A program made the position numbers and the translations under genes. DNA of 64,000 nucleotides from Adineta vaga (lineage: Eukaryota; Animalia; Rotifera): assembly GCA_021613535.1 (NCBI GenBank), contig CP075495.1, positions 4,402,001 through 4,466,000 on the forward strand, written 5' to 3'. Under the pieces are notes generated by a model, which was given only the letters and a program-made list of their open reading frames with translations, made no database searches and was not told where the DNA came from. This document shows, one piece after another, positions 1 through 13,644 of this stretch (the stretch's first letter is position 1; every line of letters starts with the position of its first letter).

Positions 1-28
1 ACAGAAAAAGAACTATCAAGAGAAGAAT

Positions 29-3000
29 ATGTTTAAAGCCTATGCTTTATCGGAATCTTCAGTTAAAGACGAGGAAGAAAAAAAACCAATTGTAACACCA
101 TCATTGAACGATAATACTCGTAATGGTAAATAAAATCAATTTCGATTATGAATTTCTATACAAGTTTCTATTCTGATAGAAAATACTTGGCTTGCAAATC
201 GATCATTTACTGCCGAACCACCGATCACGTCATTTCAACAACTCCAACAACCCAAACAACCAATCAAATCTAGTCCAAATGTTGATGTTAAACCCAAAGA
301 AGAAAAAAAACCAGTTCAATCCATTGTTGCCAAAACAAATGAAACAAAAGAGTATAGAATCAATTTAGAAGCATTGGAAAAATACGATAATAATTTAATT
401 TATATTTTAGAGAAGTTTTTTATATTGATCGTCGTCGTGATCGTGCAAATATAAGTGTTCAATATACTACTGGTATTCCTCGTTATGGAAGTAAATTTTG
501 TAATCAACGTCCATTGGGATCTCGAATTACGAAATCTAATCGTCAACAACGATTGATTCGTTATTTTCATCATAAAATTGAAGATGTTGATACGCATTCA
601 ACAGATACATTTGTAATGGTTGATGATCGTTTAGAACAATTGAATGTTACAGTTCGTGAACAACCACATTCATTCGAAGCATGGAAAGAATTAATTGATT
701 ATCAATTTTATCTATTTAAAGTTAATGGACAACAAGACAAATTAGCAGCATTATATAATAAACAATTATCAATTATTGAACGAGCATTAGAATTAAATTC
801 AAATCGTTTACAATATCGTTTATTGAGATTAAATATTCGTACTCAATCACATCTATTTAGTCATGAATTACTTCTCAATGAATGGAAAATACTAATTAAA
901 GATTGTCAAAAATCGAGTGATGATCGTACAATCAATGACACATGGTTTTCCTACATACAATTTTTACTTAATCGTATTGAAATCTTTTCAATTGAAATGT
1001 TAGATGAAACGTTTGTACAATATTTTTCCATTTATACATATTATATACAAACTCGAAGTGATAAACAACGAAGATTTCTAATTAATCATATGATAGGTAA
1101 GAATAATGATGTGTTTTCTTTTTCCAGTGAAAACGCACGGTTGTTTTTCTCTCGAGTAGATATGTTTCAGATTTGGACAAGTGTGTTACGTGATGCTGGA
1201 TATTGTCAACGAGCGATTAGTTTATATCAAATTATGATTGAATTACATATGGATTTGACCATGGAAACAAAAGTGGAGTTTTCGAACCGATTAGAAAATT
1301 TAGAAAAAACTTGGGATACAGATAAAACTCGGTATGATGAAAGTAGATTTTATCGTCGTTTATTCTTATGATTACTTTCTTTGTTAGATTCGGAGAACAT
1401 GTTGATGTTGAAAATCCAATTTCGTACATTGAAAATGAACTTTCGGCATTATCTGAATATGAAAATCGATTGTTTGATTCGACATATCAATCATGGAATT
1501 TGATTGAACAGATACGAATGAATTTTTATCAATTAAAACTACTTAATCATGGTATTCATTTTCATTCTGAACTAGTTCAAACATTAACAGATTCGAGTCA
1601 AATCGATACTGAACTTTCTAATATATCATTTCAACGTTCACTTCGACCATTTCTATTTGAATTCAATGATCAACGACAATTTCTTCAACTTATTATTTAT
1701 TATCTTCATTTTCTCAATGCTTTACCACATTTAACAATTTTACAAGAGATTTTAAATCGATTGAAAATTTCTTTATCAAATTATTTACACGAACAATTAT
1801 TTCTTGAAAATGAATTTCTTCAGCTTTATCCTTTAATTCATTCGAGATCATTCATACAAACTGAAGAGTATTTTTCACTCGACTATATTTCCAAAGTCTA
1901 CGAACAAATTATCGAAATACCGTCATTAAAATTATATAAAATTGATTTTATTCTTCTCTATTGGTATTATCTTGCAAGAAACGTTCTCGAAATCAAACAA
2001 CAAAGTAAGTCGTTCGATTATGGTTACAAAATTTTGCAAAATATCAAGCAAAAGAAAAGTACATTGATAAGAACGAAATAAAATAATAGAACACAAAAAG
2101 GGCAAATGTACCCACACCCATTTTGACTATATGATATTTGATGAAGTACCTCTAAGGACAGATTCCGAGTCGAAAGAGAATAGTTAAAAATCTACTAACT
2201 TATTTGCATAACTTTCCATTGAAAGAAATCATTCGAAAATGTTTTATGATCATGACAAGAAAAAAACAAACCTATCTTTATATATTCAACATTGAAATGC
2301 ACATTAGTCTTTTTCTAAGCTTTTTTCTTCTGAAATTTAATCAAAATAAAAAAGTTCGCTTATCTGTCGATTATTCTCAAACTACGTGCTTTACAAAAGT
2401 ATGTACCTAGTGACGTCAATCTGGAGAGAACGAACAGTTTTCGTATATAAACTAGTTTAGAAGTTAGTACCTATATCATATCTAGAGATTAAAAATACTT
2501 TCTACGAGTTTTATCATAGACCAGTACGGAAATATAACTTCATCATTATCCAAAATTCGAAATGAACGAGTTTAATTTCGCATTCATTTAGATCCTGCAT
2601 TATCAAAAATTCGTTTGAAATCTCTTCAAACAATAATTAAGAAATATTTATCATTGGAAGAATATCGTACATGTCTTCGTCTGTATACACATTATGCACA
2701 TCTTGAATATGATTATTTTCAACGTATAAATGATAGTCGTCGAATATTTGATTTATGTTTTCAAACTATTCGAACGAATCTAACAAATTTCTCATCCTAT
2801 GAATCTTATACCGATCTTTGTCATTGGCTTTCAACATCGTTGATTTGTGAATTGAATTTAAATCATTTATTTGATCAAATGTTCAAATTAATTTTAGAAA
2901 ATTCGAAATATATCTCTTTGGACAAACAAATCAATCGAGATAAACTTTGTTCATCAATTCAATTTGTTTTAAATAAATTATTTCCAAATATTGAATTGAA

Positions 3001-4021
3001 TAATATCATTACACTTGTAATCGATTGTTTAAAAAGTCGAAAGAAAATTTCCAAATGGGATCAAAAGAATGAACAAGATTGGTCAACATATTTACGTCAA
3101 CATCATTCTTTATCCTTTGAATTATTATTCATTTTTCTCAATTATTCCTATTTACTCAATGATCCATTCGAAAAAATTCATCAAATCATTTCGAATTCCA
3201 TTGTACCCTTAATCAATGAACAACATAATAAATCTAATCAACTAATTATTGATTCGATTCTTTTATTCTATGTCGCCATTCTTTGGAATGAATTATTTAC
3301 TGAACATCTTCTTTTTAATCAATGTACAAATTATTTGAAACAATTGATTGACACTCTTGAATATCCATCAATTATTCTTTGGAAATTTACATCGATTTAT
3401 ACGTGTATGTTACCATTATATGGAAGTCATGGAAATGAATTTGAACAGATTCTATCAAGTTATCAATCAAATAAGAAATTTGAAGAACGATTAGTAACAA
3501 AAATATTTGTTTTACAAATGAATTTAATTCGACATTTGAAAATTCAACGAGCCAATGTTATCAATAAAAATTTCAATTCTGGTTATGAACATCGTGTTCG
3601 ACATATTCTTCGACAATTAATTCAAGAATATCCATATTATGTACAATTATGGTTATTTTATGAATATTTTGAAAAATATTCACCAGATAAAAATCGAATC
3701 AAAGCTGTTCTATACGACGCGATGCAAAATTGTCCATGGGTAAAAGTATGTATTACAATCAACGAGAGTATTTTGTTTTCATTTCCTTCAAAAACAAAAA
3801 GAACTGTATTCAGTAGTAGCTTTTCTTTCATGTCGAAAGGCGATTTTCATGAACATGTTCTTTTTTTACTTTAGACTTTATATATGAAATCAATATCCAA
3901 TGCAACTAGTGAAACAGAATGGAAATTATTTCTTAATGTGATGTTAAAAAGCAATGTACAGATTTTATTTTCTCTAGAAGAATTTGATATGTTAAAAGAA
4001 TTGTTTGAAATGAAAAGTTAA
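29..4021 (+). CDS. NRDE2: NRDE2-like nuclear RNAi / exosome regulator (HAT-repeat protein), multi-exon
   Basis: Spliced reading MFKAYA...TWLANRSF...FYIDRRRDRAN...VREQPHSFEAWKELIDYQ...KQLSIIERALELN...AGYCQRAISLYQIMIEL...RFGE...AVLYDAMQNCPWVK|TLYM follows the NRDE2 motif order. GT-AG introns at about 126-179, 352-410, 1097-1159, 1332-1388, 2005-2591 and 3746-3874. Stop TAA 4019-4021. Confidence 0.85.
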
Positions 4022-4096
4022 TAAACATTCGTATTTGTTTATTCTAGATATGAATTCGTTTATTTTTGTGTGACTATTTATTCAAAATAGAAGATT

Positions 4097-7000
4097 ATGT
4101 ATCGAGTGAATAATTTAATACAAACATCGTTTTGTGTCCGTTCATCATTTGCATCAACGAAACGTTTATTATCGGTTAATAATACGGAACAAAAACAATC
4201 GAAAAAAACATATGACTTTCGAAAAATTAATAAACTTCTCGTCGCAAATCGTGGTGAAATAGCTATTCGAGTTTTTCGTGCATGTACAGAAAATAATATT
4301 CGTACAGTAGCTATTTATTCGGCTGAAGATGAAGGACAATTACATCGTATCAAAGCAGATGAATCATTTAGAATTGGCAAAGGTCTAGCACCCATTGCAG
4401 CTTATTTAAATATTCCGGAAATTATCAAAGTTGCTATGAAAAATGATGTCGATGCTATTCATCCAGGTTATGGATTTCTTTCGGAAAATGGAGATTTTGC
4501 GAAAGCATGTATGGATGCTGGAATTATGTTTGTTGGTCCAACACCAGATGTTATCTATCGAATGGGTAATAAATTAAATGCTCGACAAGCAGGTAAATGA
4601 ATAAGATAAGATTTACAAAATAATTCTTCAATAAATGTCTTGTTTTTAAAGCGATTGATGCTAATGTACCTATTATTCCGGGTACAGTTGAAGCTGTGGA
4701 TAATCTTGATGCTATCCGTGAATTTGTTAAAGAATATGGTTATCCAGTAATGCTGAAAGCGGCACGTGGTGGTGGTGGTCGTGGAATGCGTATAGCAAGA
4801 AAAGAAAGTGAACTTGAAGAAGCTTTTCAACGTGCTTCATCCGAAGCAAAAGCAGCTGTTGGTGATGGAAGTTTATTTGTTGAACGACTTGTAACAAATG
4901 CACGACATATTGAAGTACAACTTATTGGTGATCATCATGGAAATGTTGTACATCTTTATGAACGAGATTGTTCAGTTCAACGACGTCATCAAAAAGTCAT
5001 CGAAGTCGCACCAGCAACAAATCTTGATCCTAAACTTCGTGAACGTATAACATCGGATGCTGTCCGTTTAGCTAAACATGTCGGTTATCAAAATGCTGGA
5101 ACAGCAGAATTCCTATTAGATGATCAAGGAAGACATTATTTCATTGAAGTCAATTGTCGTCTACAAGTTGAACATACATGTTCAGAAGAAATTACTGGTA
5201 TCGATATTGTACAATCACAGATAAAGATTGCCGAAGGTTCCAAATTACCAGAATTAGGTCTTGAGCAAGATAAAATCCAAATCATGGGTGCTGCTGTACA
5301 ATGTCGTATGACAACGGAAGATCCTGCAAATAATTTTACACCAGATGTTGGCAGAATTGATGTATTTCGTTCAGCTGAAGGATTCGGTTGGTAGTAACAT
5401 TTGATAAAGAGAAGAATTTGATCATATGTTTGTTTTTTCTTTCTTTCTTTCATAGGTATTCGTATTGATAGTGCATCTGCTTATACTGATGCTGTGATCA
5501 GTCCATTCTATGATTCACTGTTGGTCAAAGTTATTGCTCATTCACGTAATCATCAAGAAGCATGTGCTAAAATGGTTCGTGCATTGACTGAATTTCGTAT
5601 TCGAGGTAACTGTAATTTTGATAGATTGAAAATAAAATAATAAGAAAAAACTTTTCTTCTTTAGGTGTTAAAACAAACATTCCATTTTTGCTCAATGTTC
5701 TTCAACATAAACAATTTCTTGAAGGTTCAATTACTACGAGTTTTCTCGATGAAAATCCTATTCTTTTTAAATTTGTTCCATCACAAAATCGTGCTCAAAA
5801 ATTACTTAATTATCTATCGGAAATCTTAGTCAACGGACCATTAACACCATTGGGTACAGATATAAAACCAATGAATATTAAACCTGAACTTCCTCATATA
5901 AAAAAGAAAGAGATTCCCAATGGTTGGCGGCAAGTTCTGTTGAAAGAAGGACCACAAGGTTTTGCAAAAGCTGTTCGTAAACATCCACAGTAAGATCTCA
6001 ACATTAGATAATTGATTTCCATCAAAAGGTTATTTTTCTAATTAGAGCTCTCCTGATGGACACAACCATGCGTGATGCTCATCAAAGTTTATTAGCAACA
6101 CGAGTTCGAACATGTGATTTGAAGAAATGCGCTCCATTTGTCGCAAAAAATTTTTCTCAATTGTTCAGTGTAGAAAATTGGGGAGGTAAGAAAAGACTTG
6201 TTTGTGTTTGGTTTTGTTTTCTCATTTATGTATTTGATTAACAAATTTACAGGTGCAACATTTGATGTTGCTCTTCGTTTTCTTCATGAATGTCCATGGG
6301 ATCGTCTAACTGAATTACGTGAATTGATGCCAAATGTTCCTTTTCAAATGTTATTACGTGGTGCTAATGCTGTTGGATATTCCAATTATCCGGATAATGT
6401 TATTGATTCATTCTGTCAAATGGCTGTTGATCATGGAATGGATATTTTCCGTGTATTCGATTCATTGAATTATTTACCAAATATGAAAGTTGGTATTGAT
6501 GCTGTCGGAAAAGCAAATGGTGTTATATCCGCAGCTGTTTGTTATACTGGTGATGTCGCTGATAAAACACGAGAAAAATATAATTTAGATTATTATATCA
6601 AATTTGTTGATGAATTAGTCAAAATGGGTATCCATATTTTATCTATCAAAGGTAAGAATAATTTGTAAATTTTTCTAATTGAATCAAGAGAAAAGAAATG
6701 ATATGTTGTAGATATGGCTGGTCTATTGAAACCACGAGCAACAAAAATGTTGATTGATGCCATTCGACAAAAACATCCTGATTTACCTATTCATTTACAT
6801 ACACAGTAAAATACGATGTTACGACTATATATAGAATACGAAGTAGTTCTTCTTTCTATTCAGTGATACAGCTGGTACTGGTACTGCAAATTATTTAGCA
6901 GCATTTGAAGCTGGAGCTGATATTGTCGATGTTGCTATTGATTCAATGAGTGGTATGACATCTCAACCAACTATGGGTGGTATCGTTGCTGCATTACAAA

Positions 7001-8411
7001 ATACAAAATACGATACAGGAATCAATATGGATAAAGTTAATGAATATTCAGCATTTTGGGAACAAACACGTTTACTCTATGCTCCATTTGAATGTACAAC
7101 AACAATGAAAAGTGGCAATGCTGATGTCTATAAAAATGAAATACCTGGTGGTCAATATACTAATTTACAAGTAAAGAAGAGAAAGATTGTTCATGAATTC
7201 AATTTAATCAATCTAAATTTATGTTTTCTAGTTTCAAGCATTTAGTCTGGGTCTTGGTTCACAATTTGAAAGTGTGAAAAAATCTTATATTGAAGCAAAT
7301 CAACTTTTAGGTGATATCATTAAAGTAACACCATCATCAAAAGTTGTTGGTGATCTTGCACAATTTATGGTACAAAACAATTTAACAGCAAAAGATGTAC
7401 GTGAACGTGCTGAAGAACTTTCATTTCCATCAAGTGTTGTCGAATTTATGCAAGGTCAACTTGGTCAAGTAAGAATTTCTTCTTTCATTGTGATGTTCAA
7501 AAAATTCGATCGTTTGTCTTTAGCCACATGGAGGATTTCCTGAACCACTTCGTACTCAAATGTTAAAAGGAAAGAAAAAAATCGATGGTCGTCCAGGTGC
7601 TGATTCTGAACCTTTGGATTTTGATAAAATTGAAAAAGAATTACAAAAGAAATTTGGTGAAGATGTCATTCGTAAATGTGATGTTATGTCATATGTTATG
7701 TTTCCAAAAGTTCTTGAAGAATATATTGAATTTAAAAAACAATATGGTCCTGTTGATCTTTATCCAACACGAGTCTTCTTTGTCGGACCAAAATTAAATG
7801 AAACCATGGAGTAAGTGAATACTTTTGTGTAACAGCAATATAGATGATTTGATTTTCTTTACATTCATGTAGTATTGAAATAGAACATGGCAAAGTTCTT
7901 CATATTGTTGTATTAGCTATTAGTGAATTAATGACTGAAACAGGTGATCGAGAAGTATTCTTTCAAGTTAATGGACAATTACGTTCAATGAAAGTTAAAG
8001 ATAAGGCAGCAATTAAAGATCATAAAGTACAACCAAAAGCTGATAAGAATAATAAGAAACAAATTGGTAAGTCTATAGAAAAATTGTATTGGAAACGATG
8101 ATTAATACTATGATCATCAGCTGTAAATTTAAATTTCTTCAATGTGTTCTATACTTTTAGGTGCACCAATGCCAGGTCAAGTATTGGATGTAAAAACAAA
8201 AGAAGGTGATTTAATCAAGAAAGGTGATACAGTTGTTGTTTTAAGTGCAATGAAGGTAATGAGCAAATGAAAACTAAACTTTGTAACTATTGCATTGCCT
8301 ATTTAGATGGAAACTGTTGTAAAAAGTAATGTCGATGGAAAAGTTAAAAAAGTACATGTTAAAGCCGGTCAACAAGTGCATGGTGATGATCTCGTTGTTG
8401 AACTCGAGTAG
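4097..8411 (+). CDS. PC: Pyruvate carboxylase, mitochondrial (biotin carboxylase + carboxyltransferase + biotin carrier domains)
   Basis: [84 protein letters not shown] and the SAMK|METVV biotinylation motif; basic N-terminal transit-like peptide. The exon junctions I checked are in frame. Stop TAG 8409-8411. Confidence 0.97.
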
Positions 8412-8721
8412 ATAACAATACAATAGATATCTCAATCTTGTTTGTCTTTTTCTTTTTGTATTTCTTCACGTTTTCCAATTTTGGTGACATTCCTTCACTC
8501 ATTTTTAGCGGTTTCTCTTTGTTTTTGTGTCTTGTTTTTCTCATCTATTTTACATTGATGCATAACGGATGACATTAGTAGTAGATATCACCCCTGAACA
8601 GTTCATCTCATAGTATAGATTGGTAATATGCTATTTTAGTATTTCATATTACTTGCAATAAAAGCAAAAATTCATTCTTTCTTAAGATTTTCTTTCTTTG
8701 ATTTGAAAAATAATAAACTTT

Positions 8722-10117
8722 ATGTCGTCAACAACGACAGATAATCAAGATGGAGAACAAGTGGATGAGGAAAGTAAAAAATTAGAGGTAGATCATTGAA
8801 TTATCTGACCGACTTTATTCTCCTTTGAACGATTTGATTTGTTCTTCATAGACAGCTGTTCGTAATACAGCAATTCAAATGGGTTGTTGGACAGCTATAG
8901 ATGATTATCTATTGATTACAAGTATATTACATCTATGTGATTTGGAACGAGTTCATGAACGAGTGAAATTTTCCATGTCATTTACGTTGGAAAATATTCA
9001 AGATCGATGGCGATGTTTATTATATGATTCATCAATATCCAAGTAGAGATTCATCGAGTTTGTCTATTGTAATGTTACAGATTTGTTCTTATATAGATTG
9101 ATTATTACAAAAATTCAACAACTTTCAATGTCACAAATTGCCAATCTACATATTCCATTTAATGAAGAAGAAGAACGACTAGTAGCATCAATTCCATCAC
9201 ATGTACATAAGGATGGATATGAATTCTTTTTCGAAATGAATCTCAATTGTTTATTTAGACAATTCCAGCAACAATTGACAATGAACTTGACAGATGTTTA
9301 AGTAAAAATTTCAAACAATTCTGGTCGAATCGAACAATTGATGAATTACGTGATTGTTGGATTCAATTACGACAACAAGGTCGTCTCAGTGATCAACCAA
9401 ATGCATGTAAATATATGGAATGAATTTATGTACATATGATTACACTTGATTATTTTTAGTTGATTCTTATACAATTGAAACAGTTCAAGGTTTGTTCGAT
9501 GATGTGCATGTTTTGTTAATCAAATATTAGATTTTTCGTTCGAATAGACGGAGCAACAGCCAGCAAATTGAGTGATTCATTAGCACCAGTAGAATTTGAA
9601 TTATTGACTCGTAAGTGGTTTGAAATGAAATTTCTGAGTACATATTTTTGTTTCTTAATTAGGCAATAAAGAAGAATTTATAGATAAAACTGATTTTCCT
9701 CATGCATTACTTCAAGTTCATGATCGTCTATACTGCATGTATTCTGAACAAGTATGAACAATTATCAAAAATTCTTTTCTCATTTCTGATTTGATATTCA
9801 GTTAACATTCGGAACTAGTCTTCCCAATGAGAAATTCGACATATCATTTAATAATTCAACAACAGTTCATATTAAAGGTTTTCTTCTTCGTAAATCCGAT
9901 GTATTCTATATTATCAATAATGGTGACAATGCTTTTCGTGTTAATGATGCATTACTTAATTCGAACGAAGCAAGTCCAATAGGTACTCGAGCAATTATTA
10001 ATGTACGTTTTGATTCGTTCATCTAAAATGTTTATCTATACTAATGAATATTTAAATATTTTTCTCTGTTAGATTCTTGAACATACGATGGTCTTTCAAG
10101 CCATGGAATTATCATAA
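8722..10117 (+). CDS. MCRS1: Microspherule protein 1-like (MCRS1/MSP58; MCRS_N + degenerate FHA)
   Basis: Spliced exons give WTAIDDYLLITSILHLCDLERVHERVKFSMSFTLENIQDRWRCLLYDSSISK (MCRS1 N-domain) and a C-terminal FHA-like FYIINNGDNAFRVND. Largely missed by the ORF track because the exons are short. Confidence 0.8.
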
Positions 10118-10457
10118 TCATATCTAATCTGTTTATTTCTTTTTTTTTGTGTTCAGTCAAGTTTGTAGACATTGTATAGAGAGAAAAGAAGAAAAAAACG
10201 ATGAATAAATCATAACTTCCACGTAAAATACCTGTAATTGTTTTTATAAAGAAGAGAACTTTCAATTTATCAATTAGTATTCGTTGAATGCACTGTCGGA
10301 GGGTGAGTGAGACGAAACGACAGATGTTAAATGCCTTAATTCTCCAGTACTCTGTCTTTTTTTAATAAACAAAGATTTGTAAGAGAAAAAATGCCTTGAA
10401 ATCAAACAAAATAAGATTTCTCGAAATAAATTTCGTCAACATCTTTCGTTTCAGACT

Positions 10458-11432
10458 ATGACAGAAAAACGTACACCATTACCACCACCATCACCTACAT
10501 TTGTTCTTCGTTCATTTTCATCGGGAGTTTCTAATATAAAATATGATTTAACCGATTCTTTACGTCTTTATATCGGTGAACAACAAGGTTCTGTTCATCT
10601 GTATAATCTCCGTACACGTCTTCCAATTCTTTCCTTGTCCGATGCTCATTCATCAACAATACTTGGTTTAAGTCAATTCACTGAAGAAAATAAATTCATA
10701 ACATTAGGTAAAGATGGTTTTATTAAAGTTTGGAATGAACATGGTCAATGTCAATGGGATTATCAAACAAATCATTGTTCATTTTCAAATTGTGATCTTA
10801 TTTCGCCAAATCTAATTGTAACTCCAATAGGTAGTCATAATTCTATGATTGGTGCACTTGATTATCGTTGTACAGATCCGATTATTAAGAAATTTCTTCC
10901 AATATCGACCGATTCAAACAACGGTATGATTATGAAATTACGTGTATTTGATAATCGATGGCTTTTTGTTGCTTACGAAAATGGTTCATTGAAAGTTTTC
11001 GATATATTATCAACAAAACAACTCGATTCTTATCAAGTTACATCTGATCATGAACCAATAACAGCGATGGATGTGATTTGCAATACATGTTTATGTGGTA
11101 CAACAAAATCAGATTTAATTTCACTTGATTTTTTATCATTAAAATTAGAAAAAACATCAACATTTCGTCAGATAGAAATGCCCAATGCTGGTACTAGTTT
11201 TATAAGATGTCGATCGAATGATGGGAAATTAATTGCTGTTGCTGGTTGGGATTCTCGTATACGATTATTTCGAAGAGAAACTGGCAAACAATTAGCAATG
11301 TTAGATTATCATCGACAACAAATCAATTCTATTGATTTCGATTTTCATACGAAACAAATGGCATGTGCAAGTGAAGATCGAACTGTATCTATTTGGGATA
11401 TTTATAATAATAAATCCGAAACAAATTCATAA
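10458..11432 (+). CDS. GNB1L: WD40 protein GNB1L/ASA1-like (TTT/ASTRA-associated)
   Basis: Single exon, 324 aa. N-terminal PPPSPTFVLR and C-terminal VAGWDSRIRLF...LAMLDYH...ASEDRTVSIWDIY match the GNB1L pattern. Confidence 0.85.
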   Translation: MTEKRTPLPPPSPTFVLRSFSSGVSNIKYDLTDSLRLYIGEQQGSVHLYNLRTRLPILSLSDAHSSTILGLSQFTEENKFITLGKDGFIKVWNEHGQCQWDYQTNHCSFSNCDLISPNLIVTPIGSHNSMIGALDYRCTDPIIKKFLPISTDSNNGMIMKLRVFDNRWLFVAYENGSLKVFDILSTKQLDSYQVTSDHEPITAMDVICNTCLCGTTKSDLISLDFLSLKLEKTSTFRQIEMPNAGTSFIRCRSNDGKLIAVAGWDSRIRLFRRETGKQLAMLDYHRQQINSIDFDFHTKQMACASEDRTVSIWDIYNNKSETNS

Positions 11433-11696
11433 ATCAGTAGACATTTTCTTTTCTTTTATAGTCACTTCACTGATTCGGTGAAAGTCTCATAATTCGTTCG
11501 CAGAAAGAAAAATAAGCATTAGCCAATGTTACCTTTCTGACGGAGTTTTATTTACTTGGTGATGATGCAATACTTGTATTGACACATACGAAATTATTCT
11601 GTAACATATAAATATTCATAATCCAATAAGCGCAACGACATAAAACTTGCTCAATCTTTAAAAGTACGTTGACAATTTTTTCTAGATAGTTTTCTA

Positions 11697-12398
11697 ATGG
11701 CATCAGGTAATTTTAATCTAACACAATCATCATTAACACCATTGGAAATTGAACTTATCAATCGTGTACATTCTCATTTTCCAAATAATGAACCAGATAG
11801 ATTTCATTATTTCTATCAAACAGCATCACCATTCAGTAATTTTCATCCATGTTTTTTTGTCGAAGATGGTATCGAATTTGATACAAGTGAAAAATACATG
11901 ATGTATCATAAAGCAAGTAAAGAAAATGAAATTTTGTTATTTGATACCATTTTTTGATAAATATTTGTTTCCTTTTATCTCTGAAGAATTGTTTGGTGAT
12001 GATGAAAGTGCTGAAACAGTTCTTCGAGCTACAACTCCAGGTGAATGTAAAGATTTAGGGCGTCGAGTAAAAAATTTCGATGAAGCACTTTGGACAAATA
12101 ATCGAACACGTATCGTTTCGAATGGACTTTATTTAAAAGTATGTTATTTAATCTTCTCGATATTCCAATGAAAAGAAAAAAACAACTCACGTTCATTTAG
12201 TTTACGCAAGACAAAAATATGCGAGATGCACTTTTAAAACAACATGGAAATTTACTTGTTGAAGCTGCACATAATGATGGCATTTGGGGAGTTGGTTTAC
12301 GTAAAGATAATCCATTAATTAAAAATCGATCACAATGGAAAGGATTGAATCTTTTAGGTTATATATTAACCGATATTTTATATAAAATTCATAAATAA
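11697..12398 (+). CDS. NADAR family (YbiA/RibX-like) N-glycosidase / ADP-ribosylhydrolase
   Basis: Three exons: SPFSNFHP...SEKYMMYHKA|KLFGD...KDLGRRVKNFDEALW...LK|FTQ...LVEAAHNDGIWGVG...WKGLNLLGYIL, all NADAR signature motifs. Confidence 0.9.
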
Positions 12399-12478
12399 CA
12401 CTATAGAATCGATTTCATTTTTATTTCTACCAATATCTGACAAGAAGTATAATAAATCAAAAGAAAAAAAACGACACA

Positions 12479-13644
12479 TCAATGAAATGGATTAACCGTA
12501 TTTCTATAAATTCCTTCTTTCATTAGAAAATGAATGAATTCATCTTTCGTTACGCGTCCATCTCTACTTGTATCTAATTTTTTCATCAAGTCTTTTGCTA
12601 CAACATCTGGCGGATAATCTTGAACATGTTTGATACCTAATAATGTATACATTCCTCGTAAAACTGGTTCGATTTCATCTAATAGATATAAAGAAGTGAG
12701 AAAATTTGATCAGAAAAAGAACACGACTATTTCTACCTTCAGTTATATAACCATTTGAATCTAAATCATAACATTCAAATGCATAATCTAATCGTGATCG
12801 AAGATCACCACGTGAACATATAGCAAAACCGAGAAGAAATTCTCCAAATTCAACATAACCATTTCCATCAACATCAAATGCACGAAAAACATGATCACAA
12901 ATATTTTCTAAACGTTCGGGAGGTTCTTGACGAAGAAGACGAAATAATCGACGAAATTCAGATTTATTTAGGCGGCCATCGGGATTATCATGAAAAAATT
13001 TGTCGTGCCATGTACTAATTTCAGATTGTGTTAAACCTAATCAAGAACGAAAAGAAGTTTTTACATCTATTGATCAAGCAGATTACAGGGAGAGAGAGAG
13101 AGAAAGAGAAAAAGGTATTTGCTTTTCCTCACAGAACTGATAGAATTTAAATCAGACGACATACGTTTGAAACGGAAACAGAGGCGTATCTTGATACGTA
13201 ACTAGTATAGAATAACAATAGAAATGACTCGAATATTTGTAGTAATTTTAAAAACTAAGTTAAAAAGATACAGAAATGATTGTTAATCATGATTTCTCAA
13301 ATCCAACCGAGAATTATTATTTTCACTTCATGACAGGTGTAAAATATCAGTTTTATTAATACTGACGTCATTTTATGCCTGAGAAATAATAAACCACGTG
13401 TTCTATCTAGTCAGATGACAACTGATTTTGTTCATAGAGACAAAAAACACTAAAGTTTTATAGAATATTTATACATACCGGTTTGTGAACAAAGGAAAGT
13501 AACGTCTCGTTCGCTTAAAGCCCATTTATTTTGGTATTCATTATTATTAAATGTACTTATGTAAGGACTTACACTGTGTTGAGATCGTTTGCTACTAATT
13601 GCAGCAATACCTGTCATTGTCGGCATACTCTTCCTATTACCCAT
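12479..13644 (-). CDS. Neuronal calcium sensor (recoverin/hippocalcin/frequenin-like EF-hand protein)
   Basis: MGNRKS myristoylation start; three exons; FRAFDVDGNGYVEFGEF, YDLDSNGYITEDE and LDTSRDGRVTKDEF EF-hands; ends ...VNPFH*. Confidence 0.9.

Noticed and set aside
4555-5453. Antisense ORFs over PC (and similar ones over PFK, GBA2, HMGCS)
   Set aside because: Shadow frames of real coding exons.
8251-8312. Intron directly after the biotinylated Lys of AMK|M in PC
   Set aside because: Ordinary phase-0 intron in an intron-dense gene; no sign of alternative use.
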